DNA of 64,000 nt from Neocallimastix sp. 'constans' (taxonomy: Eukaryota): positions 620,001-684,000 of the forward strand of contig JBODTK010000011.1 in NCBI GenBank assembly GCA_050613775.1, read 5' to 3'. A program made the translations under genes and the position numbers. Below are positions 1 to 14,979 of this stretch, piece after piece (positions within the stretch are counted from its first letter, which is position 1; each line of letters begins with the position of its first letter). The notes below the pieces were generated by a model. The model was given only the letters and a program-made list of their open reading frames with translations. It was not told the DNA's origin and ran no database searches.

Positions 1-2185
1 TTCAAAAGATTGTTTATCTTCGCCACAACAGGGGCAATACTTGGGACAATCTTCTGAAACTCTACCCATTCTAATAGCAATAGTAGTATTGTATTTATAA
101 CCACAGCGTAAACGTATAATCCACGAAAACCCTAAGTTGAATTGGGGATATTTTAAACTAAGCATAATTATAGCTTTATTGTTTGAGAACTTATTACGAT
201 CGTAATTTTGACCTTTAATACCTTGAAATTTGGCAACTGATTTCCAGTAACGTTCTAAAATATCGTCATATTTTTCACATTTATATTTTTTGATTTTTTT
301 ATACAGTGTTCTAGATTCTTTAGTCCAGGAATAATGATGCATTTTGGGAATAGATTTAATAAGATCCTTTATAATACAGTTTGATTTACTCCATTTTGCA
401 AATGATTTAATCTGTAAGGCTGCGCAGACACCAGCAATAGGAGGAATGCTTAGATCTCGAGATAAAGCATAAGTACTCATAGTAGAATTATGTCTAATAT
501 AGTCATTGTCTTCTGAACTTGTTTTACCATTTTTAGAGAAGGAGCCGATACACCAAAATAGACCAGTATTAATTAATGTTTGAATTCTGGCCGTTCTGGA
601 TTTGTTTGAACCAAGTAAAGGAGAATAATAAATTACTTTACTAATAACAAAGGATTGAAGAACTTTTTTCTTGTATGCAATAGGGATAAGTTTAATTGAG
701 AAGAAATGTGTAAATGAAAGAAGGGATTTTCTAACTTTAAAATGCATGTGAGATATAATGTGTTCTAGTAAGAGATCATCAGAAAAAGGAATACCAAGAT
801 AAATATAACTAGAAACTTTAGGAATAGCATTCATTCCTAAATAGAAGGTTGGGTCACTATAGTTTGGAGGAGATTGGAAGTTCATTGGTTTTATAACCAT
901 AGTTGCACATTTTTCAATACCAAAAGTCATTTCATTTAAATTAGCCCATCTATGTACCTTTTTTAGTAATTTTTCTAAATTTTTTGCACTTGGAGCAATG
1001 AGAACAACATCATCAGCAAAGAGTCCACCACAACACTTTTTTCTTCCAATATTAACACCATACTTTTCACAGTCATTTAATATATCATTGATGAATAAAT
1101 TGAATAAAATTGGAGATAATGGACAACCTTGACGAACACCTCTTTTAATAGGAAATTCATTTGATAACATTGAAGCAAATCGAGCACGAGCTTTAGATGA
1201 AGTATATAAATTACAAAGAAAATCAAAACATTTACCACGTACTCCATAATGATATAATTTAGTAAGAATGTTAAAAATAGGAACTGAATCATAAGCTTTT
1301 TTAAGATCTAAAAAGGCTAAATATGTGAATTTTCCTTGAAATTTTCTTCTTTGGCATATTTCTCTAACGGAAATGAATAAACTAATGCATTCTTCACGGT
1401 TGCGAAAGCCAAATTGTTCAGGTCTAATGAAATTGTGTGAGAGTGCGTAAGAAGATATTCTATCTGTAACAATTTTTGAAATGATTTTCAGTCCAACATT
1501 AATGAGAGAAATACCTCGATAATTACTACAATCTGATAGGTCACCTTTCTTAGGGATTGATACAATAGAAGCTGAGTTCCATTTTTTAGGAAAAGACCCA
1601 TTCCATATTTTATTAAAAATCAATTTAAGACACTTTCCAGCAGCAGGATATGTTTCTAGTAATTCTTCATTGCAAAACAGAGCTTTGTAGAATTCAATCG
1701 GGATACCATCGGGGCCGGGTGCTTTGTTGTTTTTCATAGATGAAATTGTTTTTTTAATATCGTCAATCGTAATGGGACCATTTATATTCCAGGTAGAGGA
1801 TCTAAGACTAATATTCCTTAAAGCATGATTCCAGTAATTACGATTAAGGCTGTGACCTGAGGGATCAGAAGCTAGATCTTTATAATATTCAGCCCATCTA
1901 TCTAATTGTTTAGTAGGAGAGATAATATATTGACCAAATTTAGATTTGATGCAAGTAGGGGAGGTAGATGAATACGATGGTTTAGCCATTTTTTTTAAAC
2001 ATCTCCAACCATTTTTGAAATCTTTATTCAAAAAATAATTACCAATTTTTACTATATTAGCTTTAAATCTAGCAGAGCGAAATTTGCTCTTTGTTTTCTT
2101 GATTAATTTGCAAAGTTTTTCATATTTATTAAATTGTTCAAGGTAATTATCAACATTTTCACAGTTAAAGTAAGGCTTAATATTA
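1..2185 (-). mobile_element. Non-LTR retrotransposon (LINE) ORF2: reverse transcriptase and C-terminal Cys motif; runs off the left edge, 5' part missing
   Basis: Manual minus-strand translation gives PGPDGIP, EQFGFR, FLDLKKAYDSV, GVRQGCPLSPILFN, LFADDVV (FADD 1009-1020), YLGIP and CPKYCPCCG (~22-48). The ORF track misses it, probably because the frame has no stop inside the window. Confidence 0.93.
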
Positions 2186-2584
2186 GTGTTTTTTAACGAT
2201 TCCATGAACAACTTCATTACAATTTGATATCTTTTTGTTTAAAAATTCCCATAGTCTACTTTCAGTCCAAGATTCAAGATCATGAATGAAAATTAAAACA
2301 AATTTATCAAGGTCAGGACCATAATGTCGCAGACCTCTTCGTATAGTTGACATAATAAAATAAAAAACTTATCTATATTAATAAAAAGTAAATGTAATAT
2401 AAAAATAAAAAAAATAAAATTAGTAAAAAATTAAAAAATTAAAAAAAATAAAAATTTATTGCTGTTGTCTTCTCTTTCGTGTATATTGTTTGCTAAAACT
2501 TGTTTGTTTTTCTTTCTTTTTGTGTTGACTAGTTTTTAATTAATGATTTTCAATTATAAATTCCTGTTTTATGTAAAAATTTCT

Positions 2585-2870
2585 GTAAAATAATCATATA
2601 TAATATAAAATTTAAATGTTAATGAAATAATAGTTGTGAAAAACTATAAAAAGATTCCCATCCGTTAAATAATGTCTCAAACACAAGCTTTGGAGTGAAT
2701 CAATCTCCTACATTTCCATTTTACAATAGCTACATGAGAGTATAAATAATACTATAGAAAAAAACATATACAAAAAAAAATGCTAGAGTAAAAATACAAT
2801 AGATTCATTACAATGATAATATGTAGAAACTACATGTTATTATTAATTATACAACTCCAATGTTACTACA
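2585..2870 (-). repeat. Dispersed repeat copy A, probable LINE 5' region
   Basis: Clear similarity to 14659-14939 (shared AAAAGATTCCCA, TGAATCAATCTCCTA, TTCATTACAATGATAATATGTAGAAA, ATGTTACTACAT); both lie upstream of a minus-strand LINE body. Confidence 0.75.
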
Positions 2871-3355
2871 TATCCAGTTGAAGACATTATAGAACGTCAA
2901 GTTCACTTTCTACAGTCTTCCAGTATTCCAGATTTCTCTCTTCGTACTAGAAGCCACTTTAGAAAGGATAACCATTGATTATTATCAGAATCACAGAAAG
3001 CTGTAATTAGTACACCTGATATAGGTTATTCCTTTTCCATCAACCTTCCATGGACCTGGAAAAACAGTCCACTTCATTGGGGAATAACTATTATTATTAT
3101 TATTATTATTATTACTGTTGCTGTAATCATAATTACTATTAACAATATCATTAGTTAGGTTGCCACGGTAGAAAGTCCAATCCGTTAAATAAAGTCTTAA
3201 ACACAAGGAAGACACATGAGATTAATATATTTAATTTTAATTTTTTTTTCTTTTCTTTTTTTTTTTTTAAAGACTTAGAATAATTGAAATTTTAGAAATA
3301 CATATTGAACTAAAAATTAAAATTTTAATTTCTTATTTAACCCAATAAAAAAAAC

Positions 3356-3411
<56 letters not shown>

Positions 3412-3581
3412 GTATATTTTTGTAATATTAATTTTTAATATATATAATTATATATATTTGATAACTTTATTATTATATTATGATAATTAAATATATATAT
3501 ATTTTTTATTTTTCATGCTTTTTGTTTTTGATAATATTTTAAATATTAAGTATATGAATAGTTAATAATAAAATATGTTAC

Positions 3582-3623
<42 letters not shown>

Positions 3624-3918
3624 AAATATTTTAAATAATATATATTATATTATACATATATTTTTTCCTTATTTTTATTTTTATTATTATAAATATTATA
3701 ATTATAAATTTGTTATTAAAAAAAAAATTATTTTTTGTTATTTTTATTTTTATTTTTATTTTCCTATTATATATATATATATATAATTTTTTGTTTTTCC
3801 TATTATATATATATATAATTTCTTTTATTTGTTATTCGTTTTTCCTATTTTTAAAAAATACTTATTTTTCTTTTTAAAAATAGAAAAAAAAAAAAGAAAC
3901 TTTTTTTCTTTCTTTCTT

Positions 3919-3960
<42 letters not shown>

Positions 3961-4058
3961 TGTTTCAATCTTTTTTTTATTATTTTTATTTTATTTAAAA
4001 AAAAAAAAATTAAAAAAAAAAAAAATTTTTTCCCCTTAAAAAAAAAAATAAATTATTC

Positions 4059-7000
4059 TCACCAAACAGAACATTTCTTTTCTGGATTCATTGGTGAGTT
4101 TGTTTTACATTTAAACGCCTTTGCAAAGTATTTATTGTTTCGGAGGGACCCATTCACACGATATTGTGGTGGTGAATGTGGATCAGTAAGAGCCAGTTGT
4201 GCTGCTATTTCTGGTCTTCTCTTAGAACACCAAATTTGTCCAAAGGAGATAAAGAATAATTGATCGTTGGTATATTTAGTAAGTCCTGGAAGACTTTGAT
4301 TTTTACCTTTATCTTTGTTCTTCTTTAAATAAATTTGATAAGCTTCATAGGCACGATCTAATCCTCCATTATCTGCAAGATTTTCTCCAAGTGTTAATTG
4401 TCCATTAATATTAATTTTATTTCCTTTATTATCTTCAATAGTATAGTTTCCATATTGATCAATAAAACATTGGGATAACTTATCAAATTCAGCTTCTGTG
4501 GAATTTGTCCACCAATTAAAATATTTACCATTCAAATCAAATTCTTTTCCAGTATTATCAAAGGCATGTGTTAATTCATGACCAATAATGGAACCAATAC
4601 CTCCATAATTTATGTAACTTGGATCAGTTAAATTAAATAATGGTGGTTCTAAAATACCAGCTGGGAAAGTAATCGAATTGTCTACTGCATTATAGAAAGC
4701 ATCAATAGTAACTGGTAGGGAATCCCATTTAGTTTTATCTCTTGATTTATTAGTTTCTTTTAAATTATTTCTAACCATGTTCTTATTAACTTGAACCATA
4801 TTAGTAAAGAAATCATCACTTACAATTTCTAATCTTTCATATTCTTTTTCAAGCATCTCCGGTTTCATAATAAGATCTGGATATCCAATTTTATCAACAA
4901 CAGTATTGAGTTTTTCAAGGGCTGATTTTCTGGTGGATTCATCAAGCCATTTTATTTCAGAAATTCTTTTTTCCAAGGCTTCCTTAATATTTTTAACAGT
5001 TTCTTGAGCAGCTTCTCTACTCTCTTCATTAAATACCTCATTAATATAATATCTACTTATAGCCATACCCATGAAGGTTTGAATCCTATTAATACATGTT
5101 TCTGATCTTGGGGCTTTCGTATTGATTCCTAAATTAAATAAAAAAATTATAATATTTATATGTATACACAAATATATATCATATAAAGTTAATATTAAAT
5201 ATAACTAATTAAATCTAAATTTAAAAAAAAAAAAAAAGCTAAATAAATTAACAAAAATAAGTATTAATTATATATTAATTATATATTATTAATTGTACCA
5301 TAAAGAAGCGCATTCAAATCGGTAATTGGTTTTTTAAATTCTTCACTAATTGACGATATGTAAGTAAAGATTATATTCCTAAAATAATTATAAATTATTA
5401 TTTATTATTTATTATTCAATTATTTATTTTTTATTAATAAATACTCTTTCTATTATTTATTATTTATTATTTATTATCCAATTATTTATTATTCAATTAT
5501 TTATTATTCAATTATTTGTTATTTATTATTTATTATATATCATTATTATATATTATTTATTATATATTATTTAATTCTTTATTTATTAAATATTATTTAT
5601 TTATTATTCACCATTCCGCATAAGTTGATAGTATTTCAACATCAGTTTCTTTAATAATATTGGATAAATCTTCCAAGTATGAACCATATTCAGCAATTTT
5701 GGTATTTTCATTTATAATATCTTTCATATTATAAGCATCAAATAATGTTTCAAAATACAATAACCAATTAAGATATGGATATTTTTCATTTAACGTTTTG
5801 ATAGTAGTGACTTTATAAAGTGTAAAATCATTTTTTTTATCTCTATATATATATATATATATATAAAAAAAAGAAAAAAATTTATTTTATATTTAGTAAA
5901 TCTAAATTATATATAATTATTTAATAAATATTTAATTTAAATAAATTAATAAACTATATATATATAATTAATATTCTTACGGTGGAGTAAATATATTTGC
6001 TAATTTTTTTTCAAATTCAACAATAGAATTAGATAACTTATCAAAATCTCTTTTATTACCACCACCAAATAGTCTACGAAATAGTCTAGTAAAAAAGTTT
6101 CCACCATCTTCTTCATCATTAAGAATATTAGTTAATATTTCTTTAATAGCTCCTTTATACTTTGAAACGATTTCTTCATTTTCATAATATTCCTTAACTT
6201 GTAAACCTATATCAGGAGTAGTAATTCCTATCACTTTATTATCAGGATCATTAATATTATTACTAACATATGAAATAAAAAGGAACGAAACATCATAAAT
6301 AAGAAGTTTAGCATTCAAAGTGGCTAAACCATCAGGATTTTTATAACTCTCTCGATTTTTATAAATTTCTAATTGATTTAAAAAATCAACTAATGGTTTT
6401 TTTCCTTTAGAATTAATGTTCTTTTCATCCATACAACTATTATAATAATTCTTTAATTGTAAAAAAATTTTTTTATCTGAATTTTGTTGTTCTATAGTTG
6501 AATTATTAATTCCTTTGTATTCTCCTTCAAGAATACCACGTAAGATATTCTTTAAATATATAATATATAATAAAAATAATTATTTTTTGACAACATAAAA
6601 AAATTTTAATTAATAATACAAAGTTTAATAAAATAAAATTATTCATTTATATTCTATTAAATTCATTATCATTTAATTAAATTTATTATTTTTATAATAA
6701 TAATAATAATAATAACTTTAAAAATTATATTATATATATATAATATTTTACCAAATTTTTATCCTTAATAGTTGAAAATTGTGAAACATCTACTTCGTCA
6801 TCTGGAATTACTGATTTTTTCTAAGTTATTTATATTTATTTTATGGTTTAAAATTTTACGAAATGAAAAATTTTTTTTAGTTTTTAGATTTTTATTTTAT
6901 TTCATTTTATTTTTTTTTTAATAAAATTTTTTAACTAAACGAATATAATATAATTGGTAATATTATAAATTTTTTATAATAATCTTACAATAAAGTTTCC

Positions 7001-7595
7001 ACATGTAAATTGATAAAAATCATCACAGGGATCAACCTCTGTATCAAGATTATCTAAAATTCTTGACGAAGTGGTAGCACATTCAGGTGTCATACATACC
7101 TATAAAATATTTATTGTATTATTATAAAGTATATTTAATAAATAATATTATAAACCATTTAATAATTAAGAACTATATATATATATATATATATATAATC
7201 ATATTTAATAAATATACATCATCGTCTTTTTTCAGAGCCTTTTCTATAATATTTTCACAAAAATTATAGTTTATTATTAAAAAATAAAAAACATTTATAT
7301 TAATAATTTTTTTTTTCTTAATTTTTTTTTTTTTTTTTTAAAAAAATAAAAAAAGAGATAAAAAAAATATATATATATATATTAAAAAATTATAATAGTA
7401 ACCAAAAGCTCCTGAAATACTATTAGTAATTTTGGAGAATTCCTCCGATATTTCATCTTTTATATATATTATATCATCAACTACTTCAGTACTAAATGAT
7501 TTAGAATTTTTATCACTTTCAAAAATAGGTGATGATGACACCATTAATTGAAGAGAAATAAAAGTAAGGATTGTTTGAATGCCTTTAAATTTCAT
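4059..7595 (-). CDS. Secreted M13 family (neprilysin/ECE-like) zinc metallopeptidase, about 8 exons
   Basis: Signal peptide [21 protein letters not shown]; exon CMTPEC...[13 protein letters not shown] (~6988-7098); exon 5981-6549; last exon 4059-5128 with DAFY, FPAGIL, HELTH zinc motif, [33 protein letters not shown] boundaries visible. Confidence 0.95.
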
Positions 7596-8229
7596 TTTTT
7601 TTTTTTTTTTTTGGAATATCTATTTAATAAAAAGTTAAATAAAAGTTAATATTTTAATATATTATATATATATTTCTTTTTTGGATTTATTATATATTTA
7701 ATATAATTATTTTAAAGCCACTTTTTTATTAGAGTAGTTAATACTTACCTACACTTGCTTTTGGTATAATATTTATAAATAAGACTTTATAAATGTAAAA
7801 CAATAGATTTATTATTTTTTTATTTTATTTTTTTTTTTTACTTTTTTTATTTATTTTTTCCTTTTTGAAATTTAAATAAAAATAAATTTATTCTCTATTT
7901 ATATTTTTTTTTCTTTTCATTTTTTTTTTTAATCTTCTAAAAAAGTTGTTTTTTAATATTAAATAAATTAATTATAAATTATTAATAAAAAAAATTTTTT
8001 TTTTTTATTTTTCTCTTTGTTTTTGTTAATTTTATATATTTACACAATATTAAGAGCTCTTCTATATATATCTTTATTACATTACAAAATGTATATCATA
8101 TTTGATCATATAAAGTAATTACCATAAATAGAAAAAAAATTTTTTTTTTATACATTTTCAACAAAAATGACAAAAAGAATTATTAAAAAAGTTAATAATT
8201 AATAAATTCATTTTAACAACAAAATTTTT

Positions 8230-8500
8230 ATAAAATATAAATATATAAATATATAAATATATAAATATTTAAATATATAAACAAAAATATATAAATATAT
8301 AAATATATAAATATTTAAATATATAAATATATAAATATATAAATATAAATATATAAATATATAAATATAAATATAAATAAATATATAAATATAAATATAA
8401 ATAAATATATAAATATAAATATAAATAAATATATAAATATGAATATATAAATATATAAATATATAAATATATAAATATATAAATATTTAATATAAAATAT
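8230..8500. repeat. Low-complexity (ATATAAAT)n-type satellite
   Basis: Directly visible 6-8 nt units. Confidence 0.85.
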
Positions 8501-9124
8501 AAAATATCAATATATATCTGTAAAAGAATTGCATTTAAACCCTAATATGTTATAAGTTATAATATTTAATATTTAATTAATCCTTTTTTGATAATCAATT
8601 AAAATGAATCAATAAATTTTGGCGAATACTAAAAGGTAATAAAAAAAAAAAAAAAAAAAAAAAAATACCGTAAAAATGATTCAATTTTAATGCATCTAAT
8701 ATATAAAATTATATTATTAAAAATTTGTTTTAATATATCTATAATTATAAACTTTCAATTATTTTTATATATTAAAACTATTTATAATCTTAATATTTAA
8801 TAATATTTAATATAAAAGTAAGCTATTCTATAATATTATAATTATATTTTAATGTAATAAATTACTTAAATCGTAAAAGCTATACTATTTAATAATTATA
8901 TTTAATATTTTATTATAAAAAAAATATTATTAAAAGTATGACTGACAACTCATGCTGTAAATGCTAAAACTTCAATTTTTAATTATTACTTTTTTTTTTA
9001 TCTTTATTTCATTATATATAATAAGAGTTTTATATTTATTCAAAGTTTTAAATTTAAAATAAACTATAAAGATTACAAATTTTATCATTTAATTCTATAA
9101 ATCATATTATTAAACTTCTATAAA

Positions 9125-9205
9125 TAAATTGATAGAAATCATCACATAAGTCAACCTCAATATCAATATTATGAAAGATATTCAGAGATCAAACACATGC
9201 CTATT
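9125..9205 (-). pseudogene. Degenerate M13 peptidase exon fragment
   Basis: Minus strand reads NIDIEVDLCDDFYQF, paralogous to [15 protein letters not shown] of the intact gene. Confidence 0.7.
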
Positions 9206-9279
9206 ATACTTATTTTGTTAAAAATATAATAAATAATTAATAAATATATATATAAATAACTATATAAAATTAACATTTA

Positions 9280-9320
<41 letters not shown>

Positions 9321-9874
9321 GACTATTACAATAGTATCTATGAATTATGTCATAAATATTAATATTTAAACATTAATGTTTACTTTTTATTTTAATACTT
9401 TTATTATTAAATAAATGAATAAATAAAAAATTATAAAAATAATATTATAGAAATAAATATGGAATTTTGCCAAACTTTAGTCTAGATTATATTAATAGTT
9501 ATTTCAATACTAAATGATATAGTCTTTATTTTTATTTAACTTACGACAATGAAGTTATTAATGAAAGGGAAAATTAATGCATAGGAAAGTCTGAATAATT
9601 TTAATATCACTTATTTGTTTTAGTACGTTTATTGAATATAACATATAATTTTTAAAAATTATTTTAATAATTAAAAGAAATTATAAAATGTTTAACATAT
9701 CATCTTATGTTATTTCATACATAATTCTATGAAATATTTCATATTTCTCATTTATATACAAAACCTTCCAAATTAAGAAGTTTGTTAAATTAAAACTAGA
9801 AAGAGAAATATTTACCATAGATGGAAATAAGTGACTATATATATATATTAAATTTAATTTATAATTACCAATAA

Positions 9875-10065
9875 AATAAATTAATATGTTTATATATGTA
9901 TATATATGTGTATATAAATAAATTAATATGTTTATATATGTGTATATAAATAAATTAATATGTTTATATATGTATATATATGTGTATATAAATAAATTAA
10001 TATGTTTATATATGTATATATATGTGTATATAAATAAATTAATATGTTTATATATGTATATATAT
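9875..10065. repeat. Minisatellite, about 5 copies of a 32-42 nt unit
   Basis: Repeated AAATAAATTAATATGTTTATATATGTATATATATGTGTATAT. Confidence 0.85.
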
Positions 10066-10859
10066 TAATATTTTAATTTTTTTATCTTTTTATTTATTTA
10101 TTTGTTTTATAGAAAAAATTATTGAGTTGCCTTTTGAAGTGAAATAAATATTTATAATAAAAAAAATAAAAATATTAATATTAATTTAAAAAAAAAAAAA
10201 AAAAGAAATAATTTTTTTTTTTTAAAATCATTTTATAATATTTAATTAATTACACTAAATATTATTAATTACACTAAATTTAATTTTTAAAAATTAACTT
10301 TTTTAAGCTTGATCTATGGAAAAATTATGGAAAAACAAAAAATCAAAAATATCAATATTAATATCAATATCAATATTAATATAGATATAAATGTAAATAT
10401 AAATATAAATATATAAATATAAATATAAATATGAATATAAATATAAATATAAACATAAATATAAATTAAAACAGAGAATGATAAATAAATAATAAAATCA
10501 TTTAATTATTTGTAAGCTATTTACTTTTCTAGTTATTAAGTTATTAAAGTATATTAGTATTGTATATAAAAATACTCACATCTTGCATTATTATTAATAT
10601 TAAACTCTTTGTTACTACAACTAGAATCAGTGCTTGATTCATTATTATTCATATCTGTGACACTAATGCTTATATTTATATTTGATATTGGGCAAAATTT
10701 TGAAACAATAAAAAATTTTTCATAAAGAATTTCATTTCATTATCCTTAAAATATTTCATTCGAAATTCACAAAAAAAAATAGCATTTAAAGAATCAATGT
10801 TTCAATAGAGGATTACTATTTGTTCTATAACAAATATTGATATTGAGGTTGATCACTTT

Positions 10860-13800
10860 TCTGGACAGTCTTCTTTTATCATTTTGGCGGCTTTGGCAAC
10901 ACAAGCATTTTCCATTTTTTAAAATATTTTTTCCTGAGCAATCGCGTTTTTCTACGATAGAGGAGGAATGTTAAGTCTTTAGAAGCACAATAAAGAGGAT
11001 GTAAAGCAATTCCCATTAGAAAACCTTTCAATCCAGTATAATCCTGAATTAGCTATTGTCTGTGTACTTCTTGGTCTTTCTTTGCTTGATTCAAGTTGAA
11101 GTGCATAATACGAAACTTACCCAATTACTATAGCAGAAAAAAAAACATTCGTTTATATGGGATAGGAATATGAGAATTCTTAAGAAATCCTTTTATAGAA
11201 TAATGTGCTTTTCTAACTTTATTACTCATTCTCTGTATGATCTGTTTCAGTTTTAAATCATTTGAAAGCGGTACTCATGTTTGAGAAGGAGTTAGGGGTA
11301 AGAATTAGATTTCAATATATAAAACTATATATGCAATATATAAAATTATTAATATTGAAACCTAATTATATATTTAATATGAATAATAATTATTGAAATA
11401 TTTTAAAATTAACAATAGAGAAGCTATTGAATATAAAAATTAAAACGGTAGTGGTACACCTAGATTGGTATAGCAATTTCATTTTTGGTAACTCATGACT
11501 TAAAAGATAAAAGGTAGAGTTACTATTATTAACAAAATTTGGAAACTTCCCCTCGTACTACTAAACATGTACATTTATTGATACCAAACTTCATTTTATT
11601 ATTTCTAACCTATTTACTGACTAATCTTAACAATCTCTTAAGTTAATATCTTGTTGGAGCACATAATACAATATCATCTGTAAAGAGACCTCCACAACAA
11701 CGTCTATTACCAATAGAGATTCCATATTTATCACATTTATTAAAAATATCATTAATGAATAAATTAAGGAAAAATTGGAATGAGGGGATAACCTTGACGA
11801 ACACCTTTCTTAATACTAAATGATTCCGATAATTATTCATCAACCCTTACACAAGCCTTGGAAGATAAGTATAAGTTTTCAATAAAGTTATAGCACTTAC
11901 TACTAATACCTAAATGATAAATCTTCATTAATACATTATATATATATTAGGAACTGAGTCATACCCTTTTTTAAGGTCTAAAAAAAGCAAGTTAAGTATC
12001 TTTATTTTCAAATTTTCATCTCTTACATATAATTCTTAATTAAGTGTAAAAATTTATACATTCTTCTCTGTTACGAAATCCAAATTGTTTTGCTCTAATA
12101 AATCCTTTATCAATTCCATATTTAGGGATTTTATTTGCGATAATTTTTGCCACAATTTTTAACCCATTGTTGATAAGAGAGATGCCACAGTAGTTATCAC
12201 AATCTGAATGATCATCCTTTTTTTTTGTATAGAAACTATCGATGCATCATTCCATGATTTTGGAAAATCACTACTTCAAATATGATTGATTAAGGCTTTA
12301 AAACATTTAAAGCCAGATGAAAATATTACTATTATTTTCACTAGATTCTTCTTAAATCATCTTTACCAGAAATCAAAACTTTGATAAATTTCATTGGAAT
12401 ATCATCAGAACCACAAGCTTTAAAGTTAGGTGTAGATGAGATTGCCTCACTAATTTCTTCATCACTTATATCTTGGTTAATTTCCCATTCTTGTTGCCTT
12501 AGAGTTCCCAAATTCCTAAGGGCATCAGCATCTTTTTCAGAAATCTTTAGAAAGACTATGACCTGAAAAATTCAACAATAGGAATTTATAATGAGAATGT
12601 CAGATTTTCAATTTTTCATCCGTAGATGAAACTAGTTCATTGTTTTTATTTTTAATAGGACGGGTGACCGTGAAGGATTAATTATTTATTTTTGTATTCT
12701 TTTTTTTTACCCATTTCCATGCTTTCCTACAATCATTTTTTAAGAGCTAACAAATATCCAATTTTAATCCAATATAAATATTCTTTTTATCCTATATTCG
12801 TTACATTTTTTATGAATTGATTCACATAGCCTATTATACAAATCAACAATTTTAGCAAATTCATTGGAATTATATGCAGATTTATAATGTTTAATTTGTC
12901 TATACTATAAATGTTTTACCTTTTTGAAGACAATAAATTTTTCGAGACATTCCTAAACATTGCTTTTCTGATTTTTTTGTTGATGATGTAATCAATAAAT
13001 CCTTAGTAAATAGAATTTAGTAGTGTTGATGAGCTTTTCAACTTTACAATCGGCCGAAAAGTTCTCCATTTCCCAACAATATCAAATTTATTATAATCAT
13101 AAATTTCTTTTTAAAGTTCAAGATATTTATACCTATCCCACCTAACAAATTTTTTTTTTTTTTGGTAACAAAAATGATTCATCTGCCGTTGTTTTCTTGC
13201 AAGAAATTCCAAGTGGTCTTTGATCAAATATAGAAGGGAAATCACTAAAATAAGCACTTGATATTTTGCCCAGCATACTTGAGTTGACTAACGCATGATC
13301 AATATCTGATGAATATCTACCTCTAAGTCCACGAAATAAGTAAATTATTAATTGGAAGAATAAATCAGTTACCAAGATTACTGTCCGTAAATCAACGGTG
13401 CTTCAGAATCACACTAAATTACAATTAGTGTGATTCTGAAGTAATGTGAAAACTTTAGAGAATGCCTATCGGACTTGTAATGAGTGTTTCTTAGTGGGAA
13501 TAGAGACATTACCAAAAGAACACTTAGAGTGATTCCATAGAATATATGTTGTTAAAGATAACAAAGATGAGTATAGGAAATATTTTCAAATACTGCCTGG
13601 CATAAGACATGATATCCAAGATATAAATCTCTACAACCTGGTGGGGGTATTTAAATCCATTCTTTTCTTCTTTTCTGAAAATATTTGTAGTTGGGAAGTG
13701 TTACTTTACATTGATATCTTGCATCATTGGTATCAGTACTTGTTTCCTGAAAACATAGGAATAATGGTTTAAAAATTGTATTAAAATGCAAAATACTATC

Positions 13801-14230
13801 TCTTTTCACAAAATCCTATTCATTGGAATTCCAACTAAGACATAATGAAAACTTTTCTATGTTTTGATGTAAAACTGGATTTGTAGAATATAGAATTGAT
13901 CTATTGGGAACATTGGGTACATGATTGACATTTATAACATTTACTAAATTTAGTTGAAAAGGGATTTGCTGAATTTGTATTAATGAATATTATTGGATAT
14001 TAAATTTTTGTTTTAAATGCTGAAAAGAAACCTTATGATTCTATTCCATTCAGAGCATAATACAATATGAAATTTTTACTCCTGATATTGCTTTATCAAC
14101 TGCTTTAACAAATTTTGAGTGGTTGAAATTTGGAGGGTATACTTTAATCCTGAAGAAACTATTATTAAATTTAGTAATTCTTTTAACTGACAAAATATTA
14201 TTTTTTTTAAATTTTATGCATCTAAATACA
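10860..14230 (-). mobile_element. Degenerate LINE with APE endonuclease, RT and probable ORF1 remnant
   Basis: Minus-strand fragments LCLSWNSN and LCFQET (APE, ~13740-13850), SDIDHALV, KQFGFRN, LDLKKGYDSV, CCGGLFTDDIVL; many frameshifts. Confidence 0.9.
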
Positions 14231-14426
14231 TTCCTTCATTTTAGCATTAGTCTATGAGTGTATATCATGAATAAAAATCAACCTTGTATTGTTAATAGAT
14301 GTTATATAGCAAGAACTCCGTGTGAAATATCTTTCCCATAATAAACTACAAATTACAGAATGATAAAATTGAAACCTATATAAATTAAAATACTAAATAT
14401 TAAGAAATATAAATATTTATAAAAGA

Positions 14427-14462
<36 letters not shown>

Positions 14463-14658
14463 AATATAAAAAATACGTAAAAATATTTAAAATATAATAT
14501 AATGTTTTTTCTTTGTCTTCAATTTAAATTTTCAATTATTTACGTAAAATAAAACACATGTTTATTTTTGTTATAATAAATAAGTATTTTTTATATTTAC
14601 AATTATTGGTTTTCTTTTTGATTAATAAGACCTTATATAATGGAATAATTTACTGTAT

Positions 14659-14939
14659 AATAATCATATATTAGCTAAAATGAATAGGTAAATAAATTGT
14701 TTGTAGCGAAAAACCATAAAAAGATTCCCATTGGTTAAATAAAATCTTAAATACAAGATTACAAATGAATCAATCTCCTATATTTCCATTTAACAATAGC
14801 GACATGAGTTTAAATAATACTATAGAAAATATATATATACAAAATAATGCTAAAGTAAAAAATATAATAAATTCATTACAATGATAATATGTAGAAATTA
14901 CATGATATTATTAATTATATAACTCCGATGTTACTACAT
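14659..14939 (-). repeat. Dispersed repeat copy B, probable LINE 5' region
   Basis: Homologous to 2585-2870; lies upstream of the LINE at 10860-14230. Confidence 0.75.
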
Positions 14940-14979
14940 TAATTACTACATTATAACTTTGACAATATTCATAATTATA

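Noticed and set aside
3829..4263. ORF 3829-4263 and other short track ORFs (19803, 29361, 30556, 48052, 59565, 62804 etc.)
   Set aside because: Low-complexity or antisense shadows of real genes, microsatellites or transposon ORFs.
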